Source: Amoebidium appalachense (taxonomy: Eukaryota > Protista > Ichthyosporea). From it: 64,000 nucleotides of DNA. The position numbers were made by a program, and so were the translations under genes. Positions 14,207-25,351 of the stretch are shown here, piece after piece. The number at the start of each line of letters is the position of its first letter. Within the stretch, counting starts at the first letter, position 1. The notes under the pieces were generated by a model that was given only the letters and a program-made list of their open reading frames with translations, was not told where the DNA came from and ran no database searches. The stretch spans positions 12,863,252 through 12,927,251 of the forward strand of contig CAVNZM010000003.1 in the NCBI GenBank assembly GCA_963693365.1, written 5' to 3'.

Positions 14207-17200
14207 TATATATATATATATATATATTCGCCTGGGGGGATGGATAATCAGGATGCGAGCGAATATTATATTCGCTTGGGGGTTGGATACTCAGGATCCC
14301 AGCGAATATTAAATTCGCTTGGGGGTTGGATAATCAGGATCCGAGCAAATTTATATATTTATTTATTTTTTTTATATATTTTTTATTCGCCTGGGGGGAT
14401 GGATAATTAGGATGCGAGCGAATATTATATTCGCCTGGGGGGATGGATAATCAGGATGCGAGCGAATATTATGTTCGCTTGGGGATTGGATACTCAGGAT
14501 CCGAGCGAATATTATATTCGCTTGGGGGTTGAGGTTTTATTTGTGGAAATTATTGACATAAATATTTTTCTGGGTAAACACGTAGGATGGGTGTCCGATA
14601 TCAACAGGCTTTGTTTCATGTTTTAGCAGTTCGCGTTCGGCTGCCCGCATACGGGCACCTATTAGCCGATCAAAACACCAGATTCCACAGATCACTAGAC
14701 CGAGTCTGATTGGCTCAGGATAAGATTTCACATAACACTAGATCGGTTTTGATTGGCTCAGTTCGGTAGCCGTAGGTATATAAGCACGACAGTTTTTAGC
14801 AGATCAGCAGGCAACAACACATCTTCTGTGTTTAGCACCTACAGCTTTACAGCTATATTTCTCTTTTTCACCCACCCACCTACACCCTACACTCAACCCC
14901 CATTGATCCCCACATACGTGCTGTTTTTTCACGGGGCGAAGACTTCCCCCGTTTTTTGGGCACAAGGACCTCACGGATCAATAAATTGATGACTGGGGGC
15001 CTGCCGTGGTTTACAACCATTGCAGGTTCACTTTCGTCCAAGGGGATGTCCCCCTAGAGGCAACACACGTCCCGGAGTAGTTTTCATAGAATAATCAGGA
15101 TCCGAGCATTTTTTATTATTATTTTATTATTATTATTATTATTATATTCACCTGGGGGGATGGATAATCAGGATGCGAGCGAATGCTATATTCGCTTGGG
15201 GGTTGGATACTCAGGATCCGAGCGAACATTATATTCGCTTGGGGGTTGGACAATCAGGATCCGAGCAAGTATATATATTATTTTTTTTATTCACCTGGGC
15301 GGATGGTTTGGATACTCAGGATCCGAGCGAATATTATATTCGCTTGGGGGTTGGATAATCAGGATCCGAGTGTATATATATATATATATATTAATATATT
15401 CGCCTGGGGGATGGATAATCAGGATGCGAGCCAATGTTATATTCGCTTGGGGGTTGGATGCTCAGGATCCGAGCGAATATTATATTCGCTTGGGGGTTGG
15501 ATACTCAGGATCCGAGCGAATATTATATTCGCTTGGGGGTTGGATAATCAGGATCCGAGCAATTTTTTTTATTTTATCATATATATGTATATATATATTC
15601 GCCTGGGGGAATGGATAATCAGGATGCGAGCGAATATTATATTCGCCTGAGGGGATTCTATGAAAACTACTCCGGGACGTGTGTTGCCTCTAGGGGGACA
15701 TCCCCTTGGACGAAAGTGAACCTGCAATGGTTGTAAACCAAGCACACAGCAAGAAGCAATACAACATTTAACATGGAGAGTACGCAGAGGCATGGGGCAT
15801 GCACGCGCGCGCCCCAAACAATCAGCCGCCGCTGCATCAGAATCTCACCATACCACTGATTAATCTCCTCATACCCCACTTAGACCCCGGCATCACTATG
15901 CAAGAAAACCCCCGAAATTCACTCACCGAAACACAAAATATAGAAGCAAACTCATACGAATCAGCTCAGCACATGACATTATATTCGCTTGGGGGTTGAA
16001 TACACTGGATCCGAGCGAATATTATATTCGCTTGGGGTTTGGATAATCAGGATCCGAGCGAATATTATATTCGCTTGGGGGTTGGATACTCAGGATCCGA
16101 GCGAATATTATATTCGCTTGGGGGTTGGATAATATGGATCCGAGCATTTTTTTATTTTTATTTTTTTATATATATATTCGCCTGGGGGGATGGATAATCA
16201 GGATGCGAGCGAATATTATATTCGCTTGGGGGTTGGATACTCAGGATGCGAGCGAATATTATATTCGCATGGGGAATGGATAATCAGGATGCGAGCGAAT
16301 ATTATATTCGCCTGGGGGCATGGATAATCAGGATGCGAGCGAATATTTTATTCGCTTGGGGCGTATAAGTGAATATAATATTCGCTCGGATTGATTGTTT
16401 GGATAATCAGGATCCGAGCGAATATAATATTCGCTTGGGTGGTTGGATAATCAGGATGCGAGCGAATATTATATTCGCCTGGGGGGATGGATAATCAGGA
16501 TGCGAGCGAATATTATATTCGCCTGGGGGGATGGATAATCAGGATGCGAGCGAATATTATATTCGCTTGGGGCGTATAAGCGAATAAAATATTCGCTCGG
16601 ATCGATTGTTGGGGTAATCAGGATCCAAGCGAATATAATATTTGCTTGGGGGTTTGGATAATCAGGATGCGAGCGAATATTATATTCGCCTGGGGGGATG
16701 TATAATCAGGATGCGAGCGAATGTTATATTCGCTTGGGGCGTATAAGCGAATATAATATTCGCTCAGATTGATTGTTTGGATAATCAGGATCCAGGTTGG
16801 ATAATCAGGATGCGAGCGAATATTATATTCGCCTGGGGGGATGGATAATCAGGATGCGAGCGATTATTATATTCGCCTGGGGGGTTGGATAATCAGGATG
16901 CGAGCGAATATTATATTCGCCTGGGGGGATGGATAATCAGGATGCGAGCGATTATTATATTCGCCTGGGGGGTTGGATAATCAGGATGCGAGCGAATATT
17001 ATATTCGCTTTGGGGCGTATAAGCGAATATAATATTCGCTCGGATTGATTGTTTGGATAATCAGGATCCAGGTTGGATAATCAGGATGCGAGCGAATATT
17101 ATATTCGCCTGGGGGGATGGATAATCAGGATGCGAGCGATTATTATATTCGCCTGGGGGGTTGGATAATCAGGATGCGAGCGAATATTATATTCGCTTTG

Positions 17201-17680
17201 GGGCGTATAAGCGAATATAATATTCACTCGGATTGATTGTTTGGATAATCAGGATCCGAGCGAATATAATATTCGCTTGGTGGGTTGGATAATCAGGATG
17301 CGAGCGAATAATATATTCGCCTGGGGGGATGGATAATCAGGATGCGAGAATATTATATTCGCCTGGGGGGATGGATAATCAGGATGCGAGCGAATATTAT
17401 ATTCGCTTGGGGCGTATAAGCGAATAAAATATTCGCTCGGATCGATTGTTGGGGTAATCAGGATCCAAGCGAATATAATATTTGCTTGGGGGTTTGGATA
17501 ATCAGGATGCGAGCAAATACTATATTCGCTCGCATCCTGATTACAACCCCCAAGCGAATATAATATTCGCTCGTATAAGCGAATATAATATTCGCTCGGA
17601 TCGATTGGTTGGATAATCAGGATCCGAGCGAATATTATATTCGCTTGGGGGGTTTGATATTCCGGATAATATAATATTCG
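13753..17680. repeat. ~43-44-bp palindrome-containing minisatellite, interrupted by unique islands (about 14535-15092 and 15655-15975)
   Basis: Unit GGATAATCAGGAT(G/C)CGAGCGAATATTATATTCGC(C/T)TGGGGG; the core AGCGAATA-TTA-TATTCGCT is an inverted repeat. Confidence 0.95.
15007..15740. repeat. 86-bp inverted repeat pair (15007-15092 and 15655-15740) enclosing minisatellite units
   Basis: TGGTTTACAACCATTGCAGG...TTTTCATAGAAT versus ATTCTATGAAAA...CCTGCAATGGTTGTAAACCA. Confidence 0.9.
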
Positions 17681-18528
17681 CATCGTAACTAAGCGTATTC
17701 ATTTTTATTTATATTTTTTTGCAGACGGCGTCCCACCTTCCCACGTTGGTTCGGTCTATTTTTGATATTTCCTTCGATGATATCAAGCGCCCTTCCAAGA
17801 TTGTTGAGCCAAGGTGTCTGTCCCAGCGCGGCCCAACGGATATCGACCCCATTGTGTTTGACAAGGAAGCCAAAGCGAAGGCTTCCCTAAATTTGCGGAT
17901 TGTTTTCAAAGGTTGGGCACCGTTGTCGAGTTTCCGTTTTGGGGGGTGGAACAGTTGGGTCTTGGTCCGTCCCGTCCACTCAGGCAAGAAGATGGAGTCC
18001 GTCGTCAATGGGTAAGTTGGGTGTGTTGCTATGTGAGTTTTCCACGATTGAATACTTAAACGTATGCACCATTGATTAACGATTTGTTTGCTTGAATTGT
18101 TGGTTCGTTAGTGTTTCTTGTACGTATGATGTACTAATAGTATGGACTTTAAAATTGTATCTGTTTAGTCTGTGAATGAGACCCAGAATTATTGGAGCAG
18201 CTATCCCGCTTTAACCGCGCTGTCCAGGTGGTACCCTCCTGAACAGCGTGCAGTGCATACACACACGATACAATAACAAGTCTGGGTGTGGTTTATTTTG
18301 ACACATTGAAGCTTGTGTGCAGTGCACACACACACGATACAATAACATGATTGGACATAGTCTATCCATTGTCACAAGAGTATGATAATGTCGTGCTTGG
18401 ATGCGCTTACACTGATGTATGTGTGTGTGTGGAATGACACACACACACCATAAAATACAGCGTAAACCTTACATTTGCAACCTTACCACCCATGTACCCC
18501 CTCCCTGTTTTCTGGGGGGGGGGGGGGG

Positions 18529-18575
<47 letters not shown>

Positions 18576-18584
18576 GGGGGGGCA

Positions 18585-20257
18585 CAGTTGAAAAAGTGCG
18601 AATCCGGCTCCCGATGATCCCCGATCACGAATTAAGCCAGCTATTCTGATTGGTAGACTGTAATGAGGTCTAAATATATTCCCGATTTCGTCCGGAATTC
18701 TTCCTGACTACGCAAATTTGACCCGTCCTGATGCCATGTGCGGCCTAACGGTCACACCAAACAAGAAAAAGACTTGCAAGTATCGGTCAAGTGCAACCAC
18801 TCGCGCGCATTAGTAGCAAAGATTCCTAGACAGCAGCTGGTCGTCAAAGGCAACCGTTGGCAAGTTTTGGTGTAAAGAAACAGGCGACTCTAAACTCGCT
18901 TGCACGCATTCGCTTTTGTCTTGTGTTTGGTGAGATTGCTGCGGCTCCATCTACAACTTGCATACACAGCAGTGGGCCGTGGCCCAAGACTGCGTAGAAT
19001 AGTAGTTGGTGTTTTTAAGCATATTGTTTTTGGGCAGGCAGGAGTTTGAGTCTGGAAAAACGGAGCTACTGTATGCGCCACAGGCAAGGTGAGTTTTTTT
19101 TTAGAACCTCATCTTCACGAACCCTCTGACTTACATACTAGGCTTTTGTCTTGTGAGGTCACACGGCAAGAAGGATACAACCTAAATTTGTAAGCGCTTC
19201 TGCGCTTGCCTTGGTCGAACTTGGGCGTCCACGTCCAGCCGTGCATAGGCATCTGTATATCCTCGAGCCTTTGTTGCTCTGTTATTAGTTTATACTTCTT
19301 GCAATCTATGCTGCATCAGTATAACAGAGAAGGCCACATTGTGTTGTCTCCTTTTTGGCCTTATATAACACCGTACCCCTAGTAGGTTCTGAAAGTCTCT
19401 TCCCCATCGCAGGTCCTTGAACCTGCTACTGTGACTTTGCCAAGTTCGAGTTTTGTGAGCGGCTCTAACAGGCAGTAACAGGTAAGCCAAGGTGAAGTAT
19501 AGGGGCAAGCCTGAGATGGATGTTGTGTAGTTGACTGACTGTATCGCTCCACACCTACTGGTACTCAAATTAACTTGAAGAGTCGAAACACAGTCCATTA
19601 TCTGTGTTAGAATAAAGGGTTCAAACACACGTGCACATAGGTGTGCAGGTGAACGGTTTGCTAACCTAGCTATATACTTCTATGGCTCCCCACGACTACT
19701 TAGCTATAGCCTCTTCATGCTTGCAACCTGGTGTTGCTCATACTAGGGTTCTGTGTGCCAAACCCTTCTGTCTGCTTTTGTATATATTGTGAATGCTTTC
19801 TACCCAGCTGAATAGCCGTTGTTGGGCTGTTCCAGGCTCCAGGCATCACACCTTGCATCACACTGTGGGTGAATCAGATGACGAAGAACATGACTTGACA
19901 TCACACTGTGTGTGGTACGAGTAACAAAGTAAAGGCGCGAGCTAGTCACGGTGTACTTCAGCTTTCTTGCGGTTGTCTTCTTTTGTACTTAACTTTGGGT
20001 TAAGTTCCAGTATCGAAAGGGCAGGAAGGAGGTATAGGGCAGGTCGGGAAGGAATCGGGGTGTCCCGGTCACGGGCGTGATCGGGATTTTTTTTGCGAAT
20101 CAGGGTGTGATCGCCGGTATCAAGAAATCGGGGTGTAATCAGGCTAATTTCATCCCGATCACGTCGCTAATTACGAATCGGGTTTCCCGATTTTGCCCCG
20201 ATTCTCATATGGTGATCAGGGTTTAATCGGGACACAGATTCGCATCTTTTTTCGCTG
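18585..20257. mobile_element. Degenerate nested TIR element with CAG...CTG ends (hAT-like), non-autonomous
   Basis: CAGTTGAAAAAGTGCGAATCCGGCTCCCGATGATCCCCGATCAC resembles the reverse complement of GTGATCAGGGTTTAATCGGGACACAGATTCGCATCTTTTTTCGCTG. Subterminal CCCGAT/ATCGGG motifs. No clean TSD or ORF. Confidence 0.45.
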
Positions 20258-21427
20258 GGGGGGGGGGGAGGACAATTTTGCCATCTAGGCCAGACCGTGC
20301 AGGTCCGTGCACACGCTGTGTTTCTCCAACCACATATACACACCCTTGCCAGAATATACAACAATAGTGCACGAGTTGGCATATGCATTTCGCACGCACG
20401 TGCACAGCACGATTCTTCATTAGTTGCACATCTTTGGTTTACACAGGTTGCACGAGCACATAGCATACATAGTTAGGTACGATCGTTTATTTGTGCTTTA
20501 TCTCCCTTTATTTCATAAGCATGTCCGGCATGCTCTTGTTTGCCCTCTGTTATTCATTAGGCACGTGTGGTATTCATAGTTTGTTTAGCTATTGGCGATC
20601 GCGAGAGGAAAGCACGCATCCGACGATTGTTGTGCATGCTTTTCATGTTTTCTGTGTAGTCGGGTGTTTTGTCTGCGATTGGACCGTATGAGGGGAATGC
20701 AGTTTAATTTCCGTTCATGTACGTGTCGTTATATGATTGGTCAGATTTATAGTATTCATAGTATTTGCCAATCAGATGCGCAAATACCTTTGGATAGATC
20801 TGTATTCATGGAATCTGCCTGCGGCAGATAAATAGGTGAGAATCGAGCATGATAAATTAGACGTAGATTGACAGAACATGCAACTGTATTTCTACCTCTC
20901 CACACTACCCTCTCTGTTAGTGCTGTGGCATCGTGCATTGCCCAGCACCACTCTGCACGTGTTTGTGTCTGTTAGTTTAGTGGCCTGATCACCCACGTAT
21001 ACTCTCATTCATATGCATGTGTGCCCAGGTACGTGTTAGTTGTGGTGTGTACACTCTGCTAGTCAGGCGAGAATAGTAGGGGCTTTTGCCGTAAGTCAGC
21101 ACTTTTCTTGCAACCCTGACCCCCCTGCACCCCTGCACTCCCTCCCTGTTTCCGGGATAGTAGGGGGGGGGGGGGGGGGGGGGGTTACGACAAAGATTTT
21201 TTAATACCCCCCTCCCCCCCCCTCCCCCCGCGCCCACACTGTGTTTCTCCCACCACGTCATACAAACCCTCTGACCCCCCTGTCACCCAGGGTAGTAGGG
21301 GGGGGGGAGGGGGGGGGGGTGCATTTTGGCCTGCCCGTTATTCCCCCTAGACCAGTCAAATTTGACGACCTGGATTTTAATTAGAGATGACGACACTTTG
21401 GCCTGGACGACACTTTGGCCTGGAACA

Positions 21428-21897
21428 GGGGGGAGGGGTATAGAGGGCATACAGTGCATGCAGGGATACATATACTTATCCATACCGTATGTATTTTGAA
21501 ACCATGGCCCAAAAAGGGAGGTTGGTTAGTTGAGGGTAACATACACATGTGTGTGTGTGTGTGTGCGTGTGCGTGTGTGTGTGTTGATAGGGGGGGGGGG
21601 TATAGAGGGCACACAGTGCATGCAGGGATACATATACTTATCCATACCGTATGTATTTTGAAACCATGGCCCAAAAAGGGAGGTTGGTTGGTTGAGGGTA
21701 ACATACACATGTGTGTGTGTGTGTGTGCGTGTGCGTGTGTGTGTGTGTGTGCGTGTGTGTGTGTGTTGGTAAGGGGGGGAGGGGTATAGAGGGCATACAG
21801 TGCATGCAGGGATACATATACTTATCCATACCGTATGTATTTTGAAACCATGGCCCAAAAAGGGAGTTTGGTTGGTTGAGGGTAACATACACATGTG
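21428..21897 (-). repeat. Continuation of the inverted (CA)n-core satellite beyond the TIR element
   Basis: Resumes with GGGGGGAGGGGTATAGAGGGCATACAGTGCATGCAGGG; about 3 units. Confidence 0.95.
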
Positions 21898-21929
21898 CAT
21901 GATGTATACATGGAAACAAAATGCACACA

Positions 21930-22615
21930 ACGTTCTCTTTTCAAGGAGAACACTTGCCATAACTAACTGGCATATGTCCGTGTTCTCCCATTTTCAAGGA
22001 GAACACTTGCCATAACTAACTGGCATACGTCCGTGTTCTCCCATTTTTAAGGAGAACACTTGCCATAACTAGCTGGCATACGGAAGTGTTCTCCCATTTT
22101 AAGGAGAACACTTGCCATAACTAACTGGCATACGTCCGTGTTCTCCCATTTTTAAGGAGAACACTTGCCATAACTAACTGGCATACGTCCGTGTTCTCCC
22201 ATTTTTAAGGAGAACACTTGCCATAACATGTGCAAAACGAACTTGCACACGTAAGTGTTCTCCCATTTTTAAGGAGAACACTTGCCATAACATGTGCAAA
22301 ACGAACTTGCACACGTAAGTGTTCTCCCATTTTTAAGGAGAACTGTTACACTTGCCATAACGAACTGGCACACGTAAGTGTTCTCCCATTTTTAAGGAGA
22401 ACACTTGCCAAAACGAACTTGCACATGTAAGTGTTCTCCCATTTTTAAGGAGAACACTTGCCAAAACGAACTTGCACATGTAAGTGTTCTCCCATTTTTA
22501 AGGAGAACACTTGCCATAACGAACTGGCACATGTCCGTGTTCTCCCATTTTTAAGGAGAACACTTGCCATAACGAACTGGCACATGTCTGTGTTCTCCCA
22601 TTTCCAGAAGAACAC
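21930..22615. repeat. ~53-bp tandem hairpin repeat, about 13 units
   Basis: Unit GGAGAACAC-TTGCCA-TAACTAAC-TGGCA-TACGTCC-GTGTTCTCC-CATTTTTAA, with nested inverted repeats GGAGAACAC/GTGTTCTCC and TGCCA/TGGCA. Confidence 0.9.
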
Positions 22616-22750
22616 TTATCCTTGCAACACAGTGGTCGTCATCTGTACTGACACATTAGCAGCAAATACCCCCAAAATAACAGCCCTCTGGGGGTTGTCA
22701 GTGCTTTTATTTGGCCGTTGTAGCTGATAGTTGCCGTGCGAAACCACGCC

Positions 22751-24022
22751 ATGACCAAATCACGTACCCGGGGCCTCCCCAGGGGCTACAGCCAGAGCCT
22801 GAGACAGCTCCCGGTGCACGAGCCTACGGGCAGCGCACGTTACAATCTCAACAGGGGCTGGGCACTTTTCGTGACCCCTCCGTGCAAGAAAGACCTGATG
22901 GCCGTGCTGGGGCTTCCTGGCGTGAGGGAACACATCGATTTGGTTGCCCAGGACTGCTGCGAGGAGAGGGTTGGTGGAACGCGCTATGTGCGTATCAGCA
23001 TGCACCTTGCAAAGGGGGTGACACTGGGGTACTGGACTAAGCTGCTGGGTGAACACCTGCCGGCCAACACCTTCCTCGCCAGACACATGCCCCTTCTGAA
23101 GCAGTCCCAGCAGCACACAAACCAGCAGGAAGAGGACGGTGGGAATGGAGACGGGGAATCCGAGACCCCGCCCCGGAAACGCTCCCGCTGCGAGACAGGG
23201 GCCGAGGCTGAGCCGCAGGACCCGCTAGAGGCCGCACAGCGGCGGGTAGCCCGCATGGTCACCGGCGAGGCCGGCGTGGACGCGTTTGTACAGCGGCAGT
23301 GGAGGCTGCATGGGCACGAGGTGGACGACACACAGGTAGCCATGTGGCGGCGCAGCGTGCTGCCATTTTTGGGCGAGTTTATGGCGCTGTGCGAAACGCT
23401 GGGGCTCAGCGAGACCGAGATATACGGCGGCGTGAACGCGATGGGCGTGCCAGTGGACCCGCTCTTTGACGAGTTGCGCAACAAGGTGGACGGGTTGCGG
23501 TTGTTGCTTGACGGAAAGCGGCTGCTGTGCAACTGGGGCACAATTGGGCGGTTGTTGGGGCGGCTGATTAACAGGGAGAAAAGACCAGCGTATGAGCTGG
23601 ACGCGCTGATGGCCTGGCTGCGGCGGCGCCTGAAGATCAAGGGGCACCAGCTTGGACCCGTGCCCCTGGGAACGTTCATGGAGGTGGCCACACAGCTGGT
23701 TCTGGAGCATCGGATAATGCCGCTGCGTGACGCTGCAAAGGTGCACTGGGGAGACCCCATGCTGCTGCAGCAGTTCCTCTCGCACGGGCACTGGCTGGGC
23801 TTCAACAGCCGGTGGGGGTGGACTGTGCCAAAATCCGTGGACCGTTTTGGTGTAGTAACACACGCGAATGTCCCACCAGCCCACCGACTCGCCGATGCGA
23901 CGCTGTTTATGATGTACTATGGCACGCTCACGAGCCGGGCAGACAGGGTGATGGCCATGTATGGTGCTGTGGAAAACCCGTATTCGCTGGGGGGCACGAT
24001 GAGCAAGGCCGAGATGGCCTAG
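22751..24022 (+). CDS. Hypothetical protein (423 aa) with NLS-like PPRKRSR
   Basis: ATG in GCCATG context, GC3-rich long ORF; no family confidently recognised. Confidence 0.75.
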   Translation: MTKSRTRGLPRGYSQSLRQLPVHEPTGSARYNLNRGWALFVTPPCKKDLMAVLGLPGVREHIDLVAQDCCEERVGGTRYVRISMHLAKGVTLGYWTKLLGEHLPANTFLARHMPLLKQSQQHTNQQEEDGGNGDGESETPPRKRSRCETGAEAEPQDPLEAAQRRVARMVTGEAGVDAFVQRQWRLHGHEVDDTQVAMWRRSVLPFLGEFMALCETLGLSETEIYGGVNAMGVPVDPLFDELRNKVDGLRLLLDGKRLLCNWGTIGRLLGRLINREKRPAYELDALMAWLRRRLKIKGHQLGPVPLGTFMEVATQLVLEHRIMPLRDAAKVHWGDPMLLQQFLSHGHWLGFNSRWGWTVPKSVDRFGVVTHANVPPAHRLADATLFMMYYGTLTSRADRVMAMYGAVENPYSLGGTMSKAEMA

Positions 24023-24364
24023 CGTGAGACCGTTGCAAAGCTTGCGCTGGTTGCGTTTGACATTCTGTATGCCACGGACCTGGAGCCCGAGAAGGGTGCC
24101 GGTGCTGCAGACACGCACACAACGGAGTTGCAAGGATGTGGCCCAGCACTGGACTTGTGAAACTAGGGAGCAGGCTCTTTTTTTTGGGGGGGGGGGAGGG
24201 GGGGGGGGGCACTGTTGTGCTGTTGGCAACATACAGGCACTGGTGCCAGCATGGGTGGGAACCCGCATTTTAATGACGTTTCTGTGCTTTGTTTGGTATT
24301 TTTGTAGATACGAACAACATCAAATATAAACACAATGGTTGCAGGAACCACCATTGCCTTTTGG

Positions 24365-25289
24365 TGTTGTAATACGTAGTATTTACATATGGTAAGATCT
24401 TCTCAGTTTGTGTTATGTTTCAGTTCATATGCTTAGTGTAAATGCCACACTCCTATTATGTAAAGTGTAGCATCGATCTCCGATATGCTTGTATACTTGT
24501 AATCGTGTTGTATCGGCTTTAATCGTGTATTGTAATATCGATTAGAATATTTATATGTGTGTACACGGATCCACCCACTCAGGGAGAGACGTGTACATGT
24601 TCGTGTGTACATAAATATCTCTGGTTATAGTTATGCTATTACTATCTTGTTTGTTGATCTGTGCTCTCTTTTCCTTCCTCTTTCTCCTTCCTTATTTTCT
24701 TTTCTTTCTCTCCTTGTCTTCATGTGTATAATCGTATTTCTTTTCTACTAATATATGTTAGGTAGATTTGTGTTACTTAATACGTGTTCATTGGACGGTA
24801 ACACACTTAGGCTACACTTAGAATAGCATGTGTGTTTAGACTTCATTAATTCACTTTAGTTTTCATGTGTTGCCGGGCTTTAACCAATCATCAAGGTTAA
24901 GTGTGATATGTCTGAGTCTTTGCAGTATGTCATAGGTTAGAACTTCCTTGATGATGACACGAGTTGATCTTAACTAGTGTCTGTGTCCTATCGTGTACGC
25001 CTCCGCGTACCGGATCTCTCTGAAAGCAATTGGTTCTTAGTGATTGGTTTCTATTAGAGATGGATCTGATTTCCGACTGGTCGGAAATCATGTATGGATT
25101 GGACTTAGAGGAATTTCAGGTATTTATTCGAAGATCAGAATAAATTCAGTTCAGTCGTGTCTAAACATTGATGTCTGTTGTGTACACTGCTCCGATCGTT
25201 CCGTGTTTTGTTGTTGTGTGTGTCTGTGGTGTTTTCACACTGCACCACTGTGTCTCTGCTTACATCCCAAATACTTATAGAATTTAACA
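24365..25289 (+). repeat. Copia 5' LTR
   Basis: TGTTGTAATACG...AATTTAACA; appears identical by eye to 30175-31099. Confidence 0.97.
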
Positions 25290-25351
25290 GGTTATGCAGC
25301 CCTTTTGCACGCTCCCTACACACATCTAGAACTCGCGCTCGTTTTTCAATC

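Larger units (their letters stand above)
10746..21427. mobile_element. 10.7-kb TIR DNA transposon-like element (TGTT...AACA ends, ~245-bp imperfect TIRs), decayed, possibly Ginger-like
   Basis: 10746 TGTTGCAGGCCAAAGTGTCGTCCAGGCCAAAGTGTCGTCATCTCTAATTAAAATCC... is the reverse complement of ...GGACGACACTTTGGCCTGGAACA ending at 21427. The insertion splits one satellite unit within its G run (GGTAAGGGGGGGGG | GGGGGGAGGGGTATAGAGGG). No intact transposase seen. Confidence 0.85.

Noticed and set aside
13753-17680. CRISPR array (palindromic ~43-bp repeats)
   Set aside because: Units are directly tandem with no unique spacers, the variable parts are low-complexity AT tracts, and there are no cas genes.
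17709-18008. Transposase fragment of the TIR element
   Set aside because: Short ORF with a non-ATG start and no DDE or zinc-finger motif that I can recognise.
21930-22615. CRISPR-like repeat-spacer array
   Set aside because: The inner segments are variants of one sequence rather than unrelated spacers; kept only as a hairpin tandem repeat.
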